64,000 nt of DNA from Candidatus Aminicenantes bacterium (GTDB taxonomy: Bacteria > Acidobacteriota > Aminicenantia > Aminicenantales > Aminicenantaceae). Below, piece after piece: positions 1 through 10,364 of the stretch. Under the pieces are notes generated by a model. It saw only the letters and a program-made list of their open reading frames with translations. It did not search any database and was not told where the DNA came from. Location of the stretch: positions 14,812 through 78,811 of the forward strand of contig DAOVDU010000001.1 in the NCBI GenBank assembly GCA_030669305.1, in the 5' to 3' direction. How positions within the stretch are numbered: position 1 is the stretch's first letter; the number at the start of each line of letters is the position of its first letter. The position numbers and the translations under genes were made by a program.

Positions 1-768
1 AACCCTGATGCCCGGCTAATAGGATTTGACATCGATGAAAAATCTTTGCTGAAGGCAAAAGAGAAACTCGAACCCTATGCAGACAGGGTAGAGCTATATC
101 ACTCAGACTTCAAGTATCTCCCTGACCTTAATATAGATTTTTCCTCTATAATAGGGATCTTGCTGGATCTGGGAATCTCATCTTTTCAGCTAGATTCTCC
201 AGAAAGAGGGTTCAGCTTCAACCAGGAGGGTCCTCTAGACATGAGGATGGACTTCCGTAATAAATTCACTGCCTCTAAGATAGTCAATAAATACTCTGAA
301 TATAGACTCGCTCAAATATTCAAAGAATACGGCGAACTCAAGCAGGCAAAAAGGCTTGCCCGAGAAATCGTCTCCAGAAGAAAAACAAAAAAAATCGAAA
401 CTACGACTCAGCTTCGCCGACTTGTTGAAGAAATCTGCCGATGGAGACCTCAAAAAGGGAAAATTCATCCCGCAGCAAAACTCTTTCAAGCCATACGCAT
501 CGAACTGAATCAGGAATTAAAAAGCCTTTCCAGTTTTCTGGAGAGAATCTCAAAAAAAATCCCAAAAAAAGCCCATATCATCGCTATTTCTTTTCATTCG
601 TTGGAGGACAGGATAATAAAACATACTTTTGCCCATCTAGCCGCCTCAAATGATTCCCCTCCTTCCCTTAAAATTCTGACAAAAAAGCCTGTCATTCCCT
701 CTGATAAGGAGGTTGCCATAAACTTCAGAGCAAGGTCAGCTAAATTACGAGCCGTTGAGAAAATTTAG
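1..768 (+). CDS. rsmH: 16S rRNA (cytosine1402-N4)-methyltransferase RsmH/MraW, 5'-truncated at window edge
   Basis: Frame 1 is open from nt 1. Residues such as NPDARLIGFDIDE and LGISSFQLDSPERGFSF are typical of RsmH. It sits immediately upstream of ftsL-ftsI at the head of the dcw cluster. Confidence 0.85.
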   Translation, partial: NPDARLIGFDIDEKSLLKAKEKLEPYADRVELYHSDFKYLPDLNIDFSSIIGILLDLGISSFQLDSPERGFSFNQEGPLDMRMDFRNKFTASKIVNKYSEYRLAQIFKEYGELKQAKRLAREIVSRRKTKKIETTTQLRRLVEEICRWRPQKGKIHPAAKLFQAIRIELNQELKSLSSFLERISKKIPKKAHIIAISFHSLEDRIIKHTFAHLAASNDSPPSLKILTKKPVIPSDKEVAINFRARSAKLRAVEKI

Positions 769-1068
769 ATGGTAAGAAAAAAATATAACAAAAAAGAAAT
801 TGCCATCGGGATATCCTGCATAATAACTGTCATTTTGATTCTAAGCTTTTACATCTGGCACCAGACAGAATCTATCAATTTAGGGTATAGAACGGGAGAA
901 CTGGAGGAAGAAGTTCTTAATCTAAAGAAAGAAGTTGAAAAACTGGAAACAATAAAATCGTCCCTTCTTTCTCTTGATAAAGTTGAAAAAATCGCCAAAG
1001 ATGAGCTGAAAATGGATCCTGCAAAAGATGAACAGATTATTTACGAAAATTTCAATAATAATCCTTAA
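769..1068 (+). CDS. ftsL: cell division protein FtsL-like (single TM plus coiled coil)
   Basis: 99 aa with an N-terminal TM (IAIGISCIITVILILSFYIW) followed by a heptad-rich coiled coil. Positioned between rsmH and ftsI, with its ATG directly after the rsmH stop. Confidence 0.7.
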   Translation: MVRKKYNKKEIAIGISCIITVILILSFYIWHQTESINLGYRTGELEEEVLNLKKEVEKLETIKSSLLSLDKVEKIAKDELKMDPAKDEQIIYENFNNNP

Positions 1069-1079
1069 AAATAGATCCA

Positions 1080-2834
1080 ATGAGAAGTTTGTATCAGAAA
1101 AAAGTCAAGAAAAGAACCATCATACTGGTCTTTTTTTTCATGCTTTGGATTTGCCTACTTATCTTCCGCCTCACTCAACTTCAAGTGATAAACCATTCTC
1201 GCTTGAAAGCTGAAGTTGTCGAGCAAAACCAGAATAGGTACGTGATCCATCCGAAAAGAGGAACTATTTATGACCGGACAGGTAACATTCTAGCCAGGAG
1301 CATCCCGAGAAAATCAGTTTTTTTTACTCCTTTTAAAGGCGAACCTCACAAACTCCAGCTTGAAACAATCTTGATGCTAAAAAAAGTATTAAATTTATCC
1401 AGTGGAGATCTTCAAAGAATAAAAGCAAGAATTGCTAAAAATGATCCATTCATCTGGGTAAAACGAAAAATCGATTCTGAAAAAGCAGATAAAGTAAAAA
1501 AACTCCACTTGAATGGAATTCATTTTATGGAAGAGAACAAAAGATTCTATCCGCAAGGCAAACTCGCTGCCCATATTCTGGGAAGAGTAAACATAGATGA
1601 CATTGGAGCAAGCGGGATTGAATACAAATACAATTCAGTACTAGAAGGGAAAAAAGGGGAACGTCTCATCTTAAGAGACGCGAAAAGAAGAGAATACCGC
1701 TTTGAGACAATAAAAGAACCAATAGATGGCAAAGACATAATCCTTACAATCGATGAGACAATCCAGTACATTGCTGAAAAGGAACTGGAAAAAGGCGTCC
1801 TCAAAAGTAAGGCTGATTGGGGAACAGTAATCATCTCTCATCCTTCAACTGGAGAAATCCTCGCCATGGCCAACTACCCCTTTTTCAATCTCAACAACAT
1901 CCCCCCCTCTCTACTCTTAAAACTGGACAGGAACAAAGCTATTCATCATTTATTTGACCCTGGCTCCACCTTTAAAATCATTACAGCTTCAGCAGCGTTA
2001 GAATCTGAAAGTGTTAGCTTTAACGACTCTTTTGACTGCAGTGAAGGCGCCATTAAAGTAGCCGGAAAGGCAATCAGAGACCACGACAGATTTGAAACTC
2101 TCTCATTTCCTGAGGTCATCATTCATTCTTCCAACGTGGGAACAGTTCAAATCGGCCAACGCATCGGTGAAGAAATTCTCTTCAACATGATAAAAACTTT
2201 TGGATTTGGAAAAAAAACAAAGATTGACCTTCCCGCTGAAGAAAACGGAATCTTCAGATCTTTAGACGAATGGACCGACATTTCTGTTGCTTCACATTCA
2301 ATAGGCTACGAAATATCAGTTACTCCAATTCAAATGCTTCAGGCAATAAACATCATTGCGAACAAAGGTATTATCATCCATCCCAAAATTGTAAAAAAAA
2401 GCCCAATTTCCTCTGATGAAGTAAAAGAGAGACTGCCACAATATCCAAGAGTCATTTCAGAGGAAACAGCATCTAAACTAGCTTTAATTCTACAAGGAGT
2501 AGTCCAGGAAGGCACGGGAAAAGCTGCCCACATCGAGGGTTATTCGGTTGTTGGAAAGACGGGAACAGCCCAGAAATATGACCCTTCCACAGGAGGCTAT
2601 TCTTCATCTGCACACATAGCCTCATTTATCGGGTGTGTCTTAGGAGACGAACCCGTTTTTTCCATGATTGTGGTTATCGATGACCCCAAAGGTCAATTTT
2701 ATGGTGGGCAAGTTGCGGCTCCTATATTCCGAGAGACCGCCTCAAAGGTTCTTCGATATCTTCACATTCCCCGCCAAAAAAACCCTGTGGAAACTTTAAT
2801 CACAGCGAAATACTGGAGGCAAACTGGAGAATGA
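1080..2834 (+). CDS. ftsI: peptidoglycan D,D-transpeptidase FtsI (PBP3-type penicillin-binding protein)
   Basis: N-terminal TM. Transpeptidase motifs SxxK (GSTFK), SxN (HSSN) and KTG (GKTGTA). dcw position. Confidence 0.9.
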   Translation: MRSLYQKKVKKRTIILVFFFMLWICLLIFRLTQLQVINHSRLKAEVVEQNQNRYVIHPKRGTIYDRTGNILARSIPRKSVFFTPFKGEPHKLQLETILMLKKVLNLSSGDLQRIKARIAKNDPFIWVKRKIDSEKADKVKKLHLNGIHFMEENKRFYPQGKLAAHILGRVNIDDIGASGIEYKYNSVLEGKKGERLILRDAKRREYRFETIKEPIDGKDIILTIDETIQYIAEKELEKGVLKSKADWGTVIISHPSTGEILAMANYPFFNLNNIPPSLLLKLDRNKAIHHLFDPGSTFKIITASAALESESVSFNDSFDCSEGAIKVAGKAIRDHDRFETLSFPEVIIHSSNVGTVQIGQRIGEEILFNMIKTFGFGKKTKIDLPAEENGIFRSLDEWTDISVASHSIGYEISVTPIQMLQAINIIANKGIIIHPKIVKKSPISSDEVKERLPQYPRVISEETASKLALILQGVVQEGTGKAAHIEGYSVVGKTGTAQKYDPSTGGYSSSAHIASFIGCVLGDEPVFSMIVVIDDPKGQFYGGQVAAPIFRETASKVLRYLHIPRQKNPVETLITAKYWRQTGE

Positions 2835-4312
2835 AGCTCAAGGATTTACTAGCCGGAGTTCCTTTTTTGCATCTCAGCGGAAAAGAAGACAATGAAATTC
2901 AGGGAATCTCTTATTCCTCGAAGACGATCAAGCTTGATTACTTATTCGCAGCATTAAAAGGGGAAAAAGCGGATGGACTTGACTTTATCGATGAAGCTCT
3001 AGAAAAAGGGGCAGGAGCTGTTCTCTCAGAAAAGCCTGCTCCACTAAATTTCAAAAAAAGCTGGATACAGGTCTCAGATGCGCGAGAGGCACTGGCCTTA
3101 TGCTCAGCAAATTTTTATTCTCACCCGTCCAAAGAATTGAAAGTTATTGGCATCACAGGAACAAAAGGAAAAACAACAATTACCTATTTGCTCGAAGAAA
3201 TATTAAAAGAATCTCATCTCTCCCCTGGAGTTATCGGCACAATATCCTACCGGGGCCCAAACATGAAAATATCTGCTAAAAGGACTACTCCTGAAGCGCC
3301 TGACTTACAAAGAATGATGCGAGAAATGCTTGACCATGGAGCGACTCACTGCCTGATGGAAGTTTCTTCTCATTCTTTAGAACTTAAGAGAGTCGTAGGA
3401 ATAGGGTTTGATGTAGTGGTCTTTACAAATTTAAGCGGTGAACATTTGGACTATCATCATACAATGGAACGTTATTTTGATGCCAAAAAAAAACTTTTCT
3501 ATCTTAAACCAGACAAGAGAATCGCTAGAATCGCTGTGATCAACTCGGATGACTTCTGGGGGAAAAAATTGATATCCGAGCTTCGTATGGGTATCATCAC
3601 CTATGGTCTCAAGCCACCTGCGATGATCCATGTCGAAAAATTCACGCTCTCAGAAAAAGGAATAGAACTGCAGGCTAAATTTCCGACAGGCGGGATGACA
3701 GTCTCCTCTCCACTTCTAGGCAAGCCGAACCTGTACAACATCCTGGCTTCAATAGCCACAACTTTGACATTGAATCTGCCTGTTCGAGCGATAATTAAAG
3801 GGATATTCACTCTTCAGGGCGTACCCGGAAGGTTTGAAAAAATAGAAAATTCCATAGGACTCAATATCTTCGTGGATTACGCCCACACTGATGACGCTTT
3901 GAAAAATCTGCTTGAAACTGTTCGAGAGCTAAATCCCAGGAAAATTCTCTTGGTTTTTGGCGCAGGAGGAGATCGGGATAAAACAAAAAGAGCGAGGATG
4001 GGAGAGATCGCCGGGACTCTTGCCGACTGGAGCATTCTCACTTCCGATAATCCGCGTTCCGAAGATCCCTTAGCTATCCTCTCAGATATTGAAAAAGGTA
4101 TCAGAAAAACAGGAATTAAAAAATACGAAGTTCTTTCCGACAGGAAAAAGGCTATTAAACATGCGCTCTCTCTCGCACAAAAAGGGGATTACGTCCTTGT
4201 TGCCGGAAAAGGCCACGAAGATTATCAAATAATCAAAGACAAAGTTATACACTTTGACGATGCAGAAGTCATCAGAGAAATCCTCAAAGAGATGGAGGCT
4301 ATCAAAAATTGA
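2831..4312 (+). CDS. murE: UDP-MurNAc-L-Ala-D-Glu:meso-diaminopimelate ligase MurE
   Basis: Mur ligase P-loop GITGTKGKTT. The DNPR motif (SDNPRSEDP) is diagnostic of meso-DAP specificity. ATGA overlap with ftsI. Confidence 0.9.
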   Translation: MKLKDLLAGVPFLHLSGKEDNEIQGISYSSKTIKLDYLFAALKGEKADGLDFIDEALEKGAGAVLSEKPAPLNFKKSWIQVSDAREALALCSANFYSHPSKELKVIGITGTKGKTTITYLLEEILKESHLSPGVIGTISYRGPNMKISAKRTTPEAPDLQRMMREMLDHGATHCLMEVSSHSLELKRVVGIGFDVVVFTNLSGEHLDYHHTMERYFDAKKKLFYLKPDKRIARIAVINSDDFWGKKLISELRMGIITYGLKPPAMIHVEKFTLSEKGIELQAKFPTGGMTVSSPLLGKPNLYNILASIATTLTLNLPVRAIIKGIFTLQGVPGRFEKIENSIGLNIFVDYAHTDDALKNLLETVRELNPRKILLVFGAGGDRDKTKRARMGEIAGTLADWSILTSDNPRSEDPLAILSDIEKGIRKTGIKKYEVLSDRKKAIKHALSLAQKGDYVLVAGKGHEDYQIIKDKVIHFDDAEVIREILKEMEAIKN

Positions 4313-5691
4313 CTAAACTCAGGTTGAGGCAGGTTGCAGAGAAAACTCATGGGAAAATACTGCAAGGCTCTTCTTCTCTTACATTTCATAAATTCAACAT
4401 CGACTCCCGATTTACAGAACCAGGGGAACTCTTCTTTGCTCTAATCGCCAAAAGAAACGGCCATGATTTTGTCCCCCATGCCATAGAAAAAGGAGCCGCG
4501 GGAGCAGTCATTTCCCAATCAATTTTTTCCCCTGATAAAAATTTTGCCATAATCCAGGTCAATGATACTCTTAAAGCTCTTCAGGAGCTCGCAAAAAAAG
4601 TTCTTTTGGAACACAAAGTTCATGTTGTCGGGATAACCGGAAGCATTGGTAAAACAACCACAAAAGAGTTCACCTCAAGCTTGCTTTCCCGCAACTTCAA
4701 GGTTCTCAAATCAGAGGGTAACTTTAATAATCATATAGGACTTCCTCTTTCTCTCCTTAAACTGACAAAAAAGCATGAGGTTGCCGTTCTTGAAATGGGA
4801 TTGAGCGCTCCTGGCGAAATATCAACACTGACTCAAATCGCTCCTCCAGATATCGCTGTAATAACTAATGTTTACCCGGTTCATCTTCAGTTTTTTTGCA
4901 ACATTGAAGAGATTGCTTCAGCTAAAAAAGAAATTCTCGAAGGAATAAAAAAACAAGGAACTGCGGTTCTCAACGGTGACGATCCCCTTGTTAAAAAAAT
5001 TGCAAAAGACTGGAAAGGGAAGAAACTTTTTTTTGGTCTATCAAAAGAAAACCATATTCGTGCTCAAAATATTCAAAAGACAGGGATGAAAGGAATTTCT
5101 TTTGAACTTGTCTACGGAAAAAAGCAGAAAAAGATAAATATTCCGTTCCTTTATTTAAGCCACCTCTATAATTTCCTCGCGGCTGCAGCTGTAGCTTCAG
5201 CTTTTTCTGTTTCTATTGAAGATATCCATTCGCTAACAAAAACTCTAAAACCTTTTTCCATGCGTGGAACCCTCTCTAGGTTGAAAAACAAAATTATCCT
5301 CATAGATGACACTTATAACTCGAATCCCGCTGCATTAGAATTAGCTTTAAAGGAATTAGCAGGTCTTCCGAGCAAAAGAAAAGTGGCTGTCTTAGGGGAC
5401 ATGTTGGAACTTGGAGAAAAAGAGATTGATTATCATACTCAGGCTGGAAAACAAGTAAGCACTTGGGGATGGGACATTTTAGTAACAATAGGCCCACTCA
5501 GCCAGCATATGGCCGAAGGGGCAATTTCCTCTGGAAAAAAAAGGGATCAAATTTTTTCATTCGAAGATTCCGAGGAAGCTGCAGAGAATATATGGTCTCT
5601 TCTTGAAGAAGGTGATCTTGTTCTCGTCAAAGGGTCAAGGGGAATGAAAACTGAAAAAATCATCGAGAGGTTAAAACAGAAAGGATCATAA
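4309..5691 (+). CDS. murF: UDP-MurNAc-tripeptide:D-Ala-D-Ala ligase MurF
   Basis: P-loop GITGSIGKTTTKE. Mur ligase domain order, dcw synteny, and 4-nt overlap with murE. Confidence 0.9.
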   Translation: MTKLRLRQVAEKTHGKILQGSSSLTFHKFNIDSRFTEPGELFFALIAKRNGHDFVPHAIEKGAAGAVISQSIFSPDKNFAIIQVNDTLKALQELAKKVLLEHKVHVVGITGSIGKTTTKEFTSSLLSRNFKVLKSEGNFNNHIGLPLSLLKLTKKHEVAVLEMGLSAPGEISTLTQIAPPDIAVITNVYPVHLQFFCNIEEIASAKKEILEGIKKQGTAVLNGDDPLVKKIAKDWKGKKLFFGLSKENHIRAQNIQKTGMKGISFELVYGKKQKKINIPFLYLSHLYNFLAAAAVASAFSVSIEDIHSLTKTLKPFSMRGTLSRLKNKIILIDDTYNSNPAALELALKELAGLPSKRKVAVLGDMLELGEKEIDYHTQAGKQVSTWGWDILVTIGPLSQHMAEGAISSGKKRDQIFSFEDSEEAAENIWSLLEEGDLVLVKGSRGMKTEKIIERLKQKGS

Positions 5692-5692
5692 C

Positions 5693-6781
5693 ATGCTTTA
5701 TTGGCTTTTGGTGCCCTTAAAAAAATACTCTATATTCTTCAATGTATTCGGTTATATCACGGTCAGAACAGCTCTTTCAGGAATAACTGCCTTGCTTATA
5801 TGCCTTATTTTGGGCCCATGGGTCATCAAACTGCTTAAAAAATACCAGATCAGAGAAGAGATCAGGCCTGAAGGTCCGGAATCTCATTTCGAAAAGAAAG
5901 GAACTCCATCTATGGGTGGAATTCTCATTATTGGAGCTACATTAATCCCAACTCTCCTCTGGGGAAACCTGAGCAACACCTATATTTGGCTTGCAATGAT
6001 CACCATGTTTTCCTTCGGGATCCTTGGCTTTTGGGATGATTTTTTGAAAATTAAAAAACGAAAATCTTTGGGGCTCATCATCCGCCATAAGCTAATTTTT
6101 CAGATTCTCCTTTCGGCAGCTATCGGGATTACCCTGGTTTATTTAGGCTTTAGAGGACAGTTTGATCTTCATCTGAGTCTGCCTTTTATTAAGAAATGGA
6201 TCCCCTATTTGGGCTGGTTCTATCTACCATGGATAATGTTTATCATCATCGGTTCTTCAAACTCCGTCAATCTCGCTGACGGCCTGGATGGACTAGCCAT
6301 TGGTCTCACGCTCATCAGTGTTAGCGCTTTTACTGCTCTCTCCTATTTCGCCGGACGCACTGACTGGTCTGGGTATTTAAACATTCCAAGGGTTCCTCAA
6401 GCTGCGGAGCTCACAATATTTGCTGGAGCCATGGCTGGAGCATGTTTGGGCTTTCTCTGGTATAACTGCCATCCAGCTCAACTCTTTATGGGAGATGTAG
6501 GAGCCTTATCTTTAGGCGGAACCATTGGGGCGATTTCCATAATGATAAAACAAGAATTTCTCCTTTTTATGGTAGCTGGAGTTTTTATCCTGGAAGCACT
6601 CTCTGTTCTGCTTCAAGTTTCCTACTTTAGACTGACAGGAGGAAAAAGAATTTTTAAGATGGCTCCTCTCCATCATCACTTCGAACTTATGGGATGGTCT
6701 GAGCAAAAAATTGTGGTTAGGTTCTGGATCGCCAGCATCATATTTGCCCTTTTCAGCCTCACCACCTTAAAACTGAGATAG
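5693..6781 (+). CDS. mraY: phospho-N-acetylmuramoyl-pentapeptide transferase MraY
   Basis: About 10 TM segments. Conserved MraY stretches (NSVNLADGLDGLA, HHHFEL). Synteny. Confidence 0.92.
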   Translation: MLYWLLVPLKKYSIFFNVFGYITVRTALSGITALLICLILGPWVIKLLKKYQIREEIRPEGPESHFEKKGTPSMGGILIIGATLIPTLLWGNLSNTYIWLAMITMFSFGILGFWDDFLKIKKRKSLGLIIRHKLIFQILLSAAIGITLVYLGFRGQFDLHLSLPFIKKWIPYLGWFYLPWIMFIIIGSSNSVNLADGLDGLAIGLTLISVSAFTALSYFAGRTDWSGYLNIPRVPQAAELTIFAGAMAGACLGFLWYNCHPAQLFMGDVGALSLGGTIGAISIMIKQEFLLFMVAGVFILEALSVLLQVSYFRLTGGKRIFKMAPLHHHFELMGWSEQKIVVRFWIASIIFALFSLTTLKLR

Positions 6782-6782
6782 A

Positions 6783-8150
6783 ATGAATTTAGAAGGAAAA
6801 AAAGTCCTTGTCGTTGGCCTGGGAAAAACTGGAGAAGCCCTCTGCAATTTTCTGCTCAGTCGAGGAGCTCGAGTGAAAGTCAGTGAAAAGAAAACCACTG
6901 AAGATTTGGGTCGAAAAATCCATTTCTGGTCCCAAAAAGGAGTTTTGGTTGAGGCAGGGAGACATGATAAAAAATCATTCCTCGAAGCAGATCTGATCAT
7001 ACCAAGCCCAGGAGTTCCTCCTCTCCCTGAACTCAAAGAGGCAAAAAAGCACGGAGTAAAAATTCTTTCAGAAGTCGAACTTGCATATAGATTCTTAAAA
7101 GGGGAAATCGTGGGCATAACAGGGTCTAACGGAAAATCCACTACAGCCGCACTAACCCATAAAATCCTTAAAGAAGGGGGGTTGGATAGTTATTTAGCAG
7201 GAAATATAGGGATACCTTTGATCAATTTTGTCGCTGGCAGCAGGGAGGATCATATCTATGTGACAGAGCTTTCAAGTTTTCAGCTTGAGTATATTGAACA
7301 ATTCCGAGCATCAGTATCAGTTTTTCTAAATATTTCTCCAGATCATCTCGACTGGCATAAGAGTTTTGATGATTATTATGAGGCGAAAAAGAAGCTTATA
7401 ACTTTTCAAAAAGAAAGCGACATAGCTATTCTTAATCAAGATGACCCTCTCGTCTGGGCATCTATAAAAGGAGTACAGTCTCAAATCTATTCATTTAGCC
7501 AAAAAAGTGAAATCTCCAGGGGATGTTATCTTCAAGGAGGCTGGATTTTTCTTTCGGAAAAAAAGGACGAAAGGCTGATGCACGTCTCTGAAATTCCTCT
7601 TCTTGGAGTACACAACCAGGAAAATGTTATGGCTGCTTCCCTGGTTGGGTCTATTTTTGGCATTCCCTTAACACGCATCAAAAAGTCAATCAAAAGCTTT
7701 AAAGGGCTTGAACATCGCCTGGAAAAAGTCTTAACACTGAAAGGAGTGGATTTTTATAATGATTCCAAAGCCACAAACATAGATTCAACTTTAAAATCAA
7801 TCCAGAGTTTTGACAAGAAAATCGTTCTTATCCTGGGAGGAAGAGACAAGCAAGGTGACTTTACAAAACTGAGGACGCCCATTAAAAAGAAGGTAAAAAA
7901 GATCATTCTTATTGGCGAAGCTAAAGAAAAAATTGAGCATGTTTTAAAGGGTTCTGTTCCGATGGAGAAAGGTTCATCTCTAGGAGATGCTGTGAGGATC
8001 AGCTATTCTACAGCTAAGCCTGGAGAAGTTGTGCTTCTTGCACCAGCCTGTACAAGCTTTGATATGTTTCGAAATTTTGAAGAAAGGGGTGAAGTCTTTA
8101 AGAAGGAAGTTTTTGCACTCAAAAAAAATATGGATAAAAAAAAGGCATAA
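6783..8150 (+). CDS. murD: UDP-MurNAc-L-Ala:D-Glu ligase MurD
   Basis: N-terminal Rossmann GLGKTG and Mur ligase P-loop GITGSNGKSTT. Synteny. Confidence 0.9.
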   Translation: MNLEGKKVLVVGLGKTGEALCNFLLSRGARVKVSEKKTTEDLGRKIHFWSQKGVLVEAGRHDKKSFLEADLIIPSPGVPPLPELKEAKKHGVKILSEVELAYRFLKGEIVGITGSNGKSTTAALTHKILKEGGLDSYLAGNIGIPLINFVAGSREDHIYVTELSSFQLEYIEQFRASVSVFLNISPDHLDWHKSFDDYYEAKKKLITFQKESDIAILNQDDPLVWASIKGVQSQIYSFSQKSEISRGCYLQGGWIFLSEKKDERLMHVSEIPLLGVHNQENVMAASLVGSIFGIPLTRIKKSIKSFKGLEHRLEKVLTLKGVDFYNDSKATNIDSTLKSIQSFDKKIVLILGGRDKQGDFTKLRTPIKKKVKKIILIGEAKEKIEHVLKGSVPMEKGSSLGDAVRISYSTAKPGEVVLLAPACTSFDMFRNFEERGEVFKKEVFALKKNMDKKKA

Positions 8151-8154
8151 AGAT

Positions 8155-9267
8155 ATGGAAGCTTTCAGACCTTACCGCTTTGATAAAACTCTTTTTCTTA
8201 CAACTCTTATCTTGATCTCCTTTGGACTAATCATGGTCTTTAGTTCATCAGCCATATTGTCAAGCGAAAAACATCATCAGCCCTTTCATTTTTTCATCAA
8301 TCAGATCATAGGAGTAGGAATTGGCATTATCTTCATTCTTTTAATACTTCCTTTGAGGACTCCGTTTTACCAAAACACTTCAGTAATCTATGGATTGCTT
8401 CTCCTGACACTCGTGCTGTTAACCTTGTGCCTTATCATGCCCTCTTATGGGAAAACAGGTCGTTGGGTTCATTTCCTTGGATTGCGCTTCCAGCCGACGG
8501 AACTAGCCAAAATCAGTTTAATTCTCTTTTTTTCCTCTTTTCTCGATCGTAAAAAAGATAAAATAAATGAAATTCAAAGCTTATTTTTCCCCTTAGCCAT
8601 CCTCTTTATTTTCATCATGTTGATTATCAAAGAGCCTGACTACGGCACTGCACTACTAATCTTATTCATCTGTACATTCATGCTTTTCATTGGCGGAGTA
8701 AAGCTTAGATACTTTTTCTATCTTGGAATCATTTCTATAGGTTTTTTCGCTTTTTATCTTTTTCAGGCAAGTTACAGGTTAGATAGAATTTTCGCATTTC
8801 TATCTCCTGCAAAAGATCCCTTAGGACGGGGGTTCCAGGTTATCCAGTCAAAATTAGCCGTGGGTTCAGGAGGTCTTCTGGGAGTCAGCATAGGAGAAAG
8901 CACACAGAAACTTTTCTTTCTTCCCTGTGCTCATACCGATTACATATACGCGATTGTAGGAGAAGAACTTGGCCTCATCGGCACTCTAGCCGTTCTCTTT
9001 CTCTTTATCATCTTCCTCTGGAGAGGATTGCTTATTTCCTGGAGAGCACCCAACCTTTTCAGCCAAATTGCAGCCGCAGGAATCACTTTAGCAATCTTTT
9101 CTCAAGCGATGCTGAACATAAGCGTAGTACTCGGATTGGGCCCCCCGACTGGCCTCCCACTTCCTTTATTTAGTTTCGGAAGATCTTCTCTTACCTGTAC
9201 TCTTTTCAGCATAGGCATTCTTCTCCATATTTCACAACGAAGAGGTTCTACAAGAAGTAAAAAATGA
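8155..9267 (+). CDS. ftsW: peptidoglycan glycosyltransferase FtsW (SEDS family)
   Basis: Polytopic membrane protein in the FtsW/RodA family (QPTELAKISLILFFSSFL..., PTGLPLPLFSFG). I chose the start at the ATG 4 nt after the murD stop (MEAFRPYRF...). The track ORF from 8029 would overlap murD by 120 nt. Confidence 0.85.
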   Translation: MEAFRPYRFDKTLFLTTLILISFGLIMVFSSSAILSSEKHHQPFHFFINQIIGVGIGIIFILLILPLRTPFYQNTSVIYGLLLLTLVLLTLCLIMPSYGKTGRWVHFLGLRFQPTELAKISLILFFSSFLDRKKDKINEIQSLFFPLAILFIFIMLIIKEPDYGTALLILFICTFMLFIGGVKLRYFFYLGIISIGFFAFYLFQASYRLDRIFAFLSPAKDPLGRGFQVIQSKLAVGSGGLLGVSIGESTQKLFFLPCAHTDYIYAIVGEELGLIGTLAVLFLFIIFLWRGLLISWRAPNLFSQIAAAGITLAIFSQAMLNISVVLGLGPPTGLPLPLFSFGRSSLTCTLFSIGILLHISQRRGSTRSKK

Positions 9268-10364
9268 ATCGCAAAAAAATAATCATAAGTGGAGGTGGTA
9301 CTGCAGGCCATCTCTACCCTGCTCTAGTTGTAGGACAGAAATTGAAGGAAAAAGATCCTGATATTTCTCTCACTTTTGTGGGGAGCAGTCGTGGTTTAGA
9401 AAAAAAACTAATGAAACATTATAAGGCAAATTTCATTACCTTAAAAATTGAAGGAATAAAAGGAAAAGGTTTAAAAATCTTCAAATCTCTTTTTATTCTT
9501 CCCTATTCTTTCGTCAAATCACTGGCAATCTTGCTGAGAACAAAACCTCAACTTGTTATCGGGGTGGGAGGGTACAGTTCAGGTCCAATCGTCCTCCTTG
9601 CCTCCTGGATGAAAACACCTACTTTGATTATGGAACAAAACATCTGTCCCGGATTCACGAACAGGCTTCTTCTGCCATGGGTGCAGAAAGCTGCTGTCTC
9701 TTTTGAAGGTTCCCTTTCTTATTTCAGAGGAAAAGGAATATTCACAGGAAATCCTGTGAGAGAGGAATTTTATTCCCTCCCTCCCAAAGAAAAAAATAGC
9801 AAGCTGACTCTCTTTATTTTTGGTGGAAGCCAAGGATCACATTTTTTAAACAAAGGAATTGTTCTCTCTCTTCCAGTTTTAAAAAAAGAAAGGGGAACTT
9901 TAAGAATCTTTCATCAGACAGGCAAAAAGGATTTTGAATGGGTTAAAGAGAGTTACATGCAAAACGGATTTGAAGATGTGATTGTCAGCCCTTTCTTTTT
10001 CGATATGGCAGAATATTTCAAAAGATCAGATCTAATCATCAGCCGGGCCGGAGCAACAACCATAGCAGAGCTGATCGCTGCGCAAAAAGCCTCGTTACTG
10101 GTTCCTTTTGCAAAGGCAACAGACAATCACCAGGTCTTGAATGCCCGAGAATTAGAAAAAATGAATGCAACTGAAGTTATCACAGAAGAAAAGTTTACAC
10201 CCGAGCTTTTCACCGGCAAAATATTCCGTTATATGAAAGACAAGGAAAAGATAAACCAAATGGAAAAAAACTTGGCCCCCCTCAAGAAAGAAAAGATTTC
10301 AGAAAATATCGCGGACCTCTGTTTCGAACTCATGAAAACAAAACGTCAGGAGAAAATAATTTGA
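9264..10364 (+). CDS. murG: UDP-GlcNAc:lipid I GlcNAc transferase MurG
   Basis: N-terminal GGGTAGHLYPAL motif and GT28 architecture. Synteny. Confidence 0.9.
   Translation: MNRKKIIISGGGTAGHLYPALVVGQKLKEKDPDISLTFVGSSRGLEKKLMKHYKANFITLKIEGIKGKGLKIFKSLFILPYSFVKSLAILLRTKPQLVIGVGGYSSGPIVLLASWMKTPTLIMEQNICPGFTNRLLLPWVQKAAVSFEGSLSYFRGKGIFTGNPVREEFYSLPPKEKNSKLTLFIFGGSQGSHFLNKGIVLSLPVLKKERGTLRIFHQTGKKDFEWVKESYMQNGFEDVIVSPFFFDMAEYFKRSDLIISRAGATTIAELIAAQKASLLVPFAKATDNHQVLNARELEKMNATEVITEEKFTPELFTGKIFRYMKDKEKINQMEKNLAPLKKEKISENIADLCFELMKTKRQEKII

Noticed and set aside
8029-8154. The track ORF starts ftsW at 8029 (MCFLHQ...), 120 nt inside murD.
   Set aside because: An in-frame ATG at 8155 lies 4 nt after the murD stop and begins the conserved FtsW body. 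The upstream extension has no membrane character.
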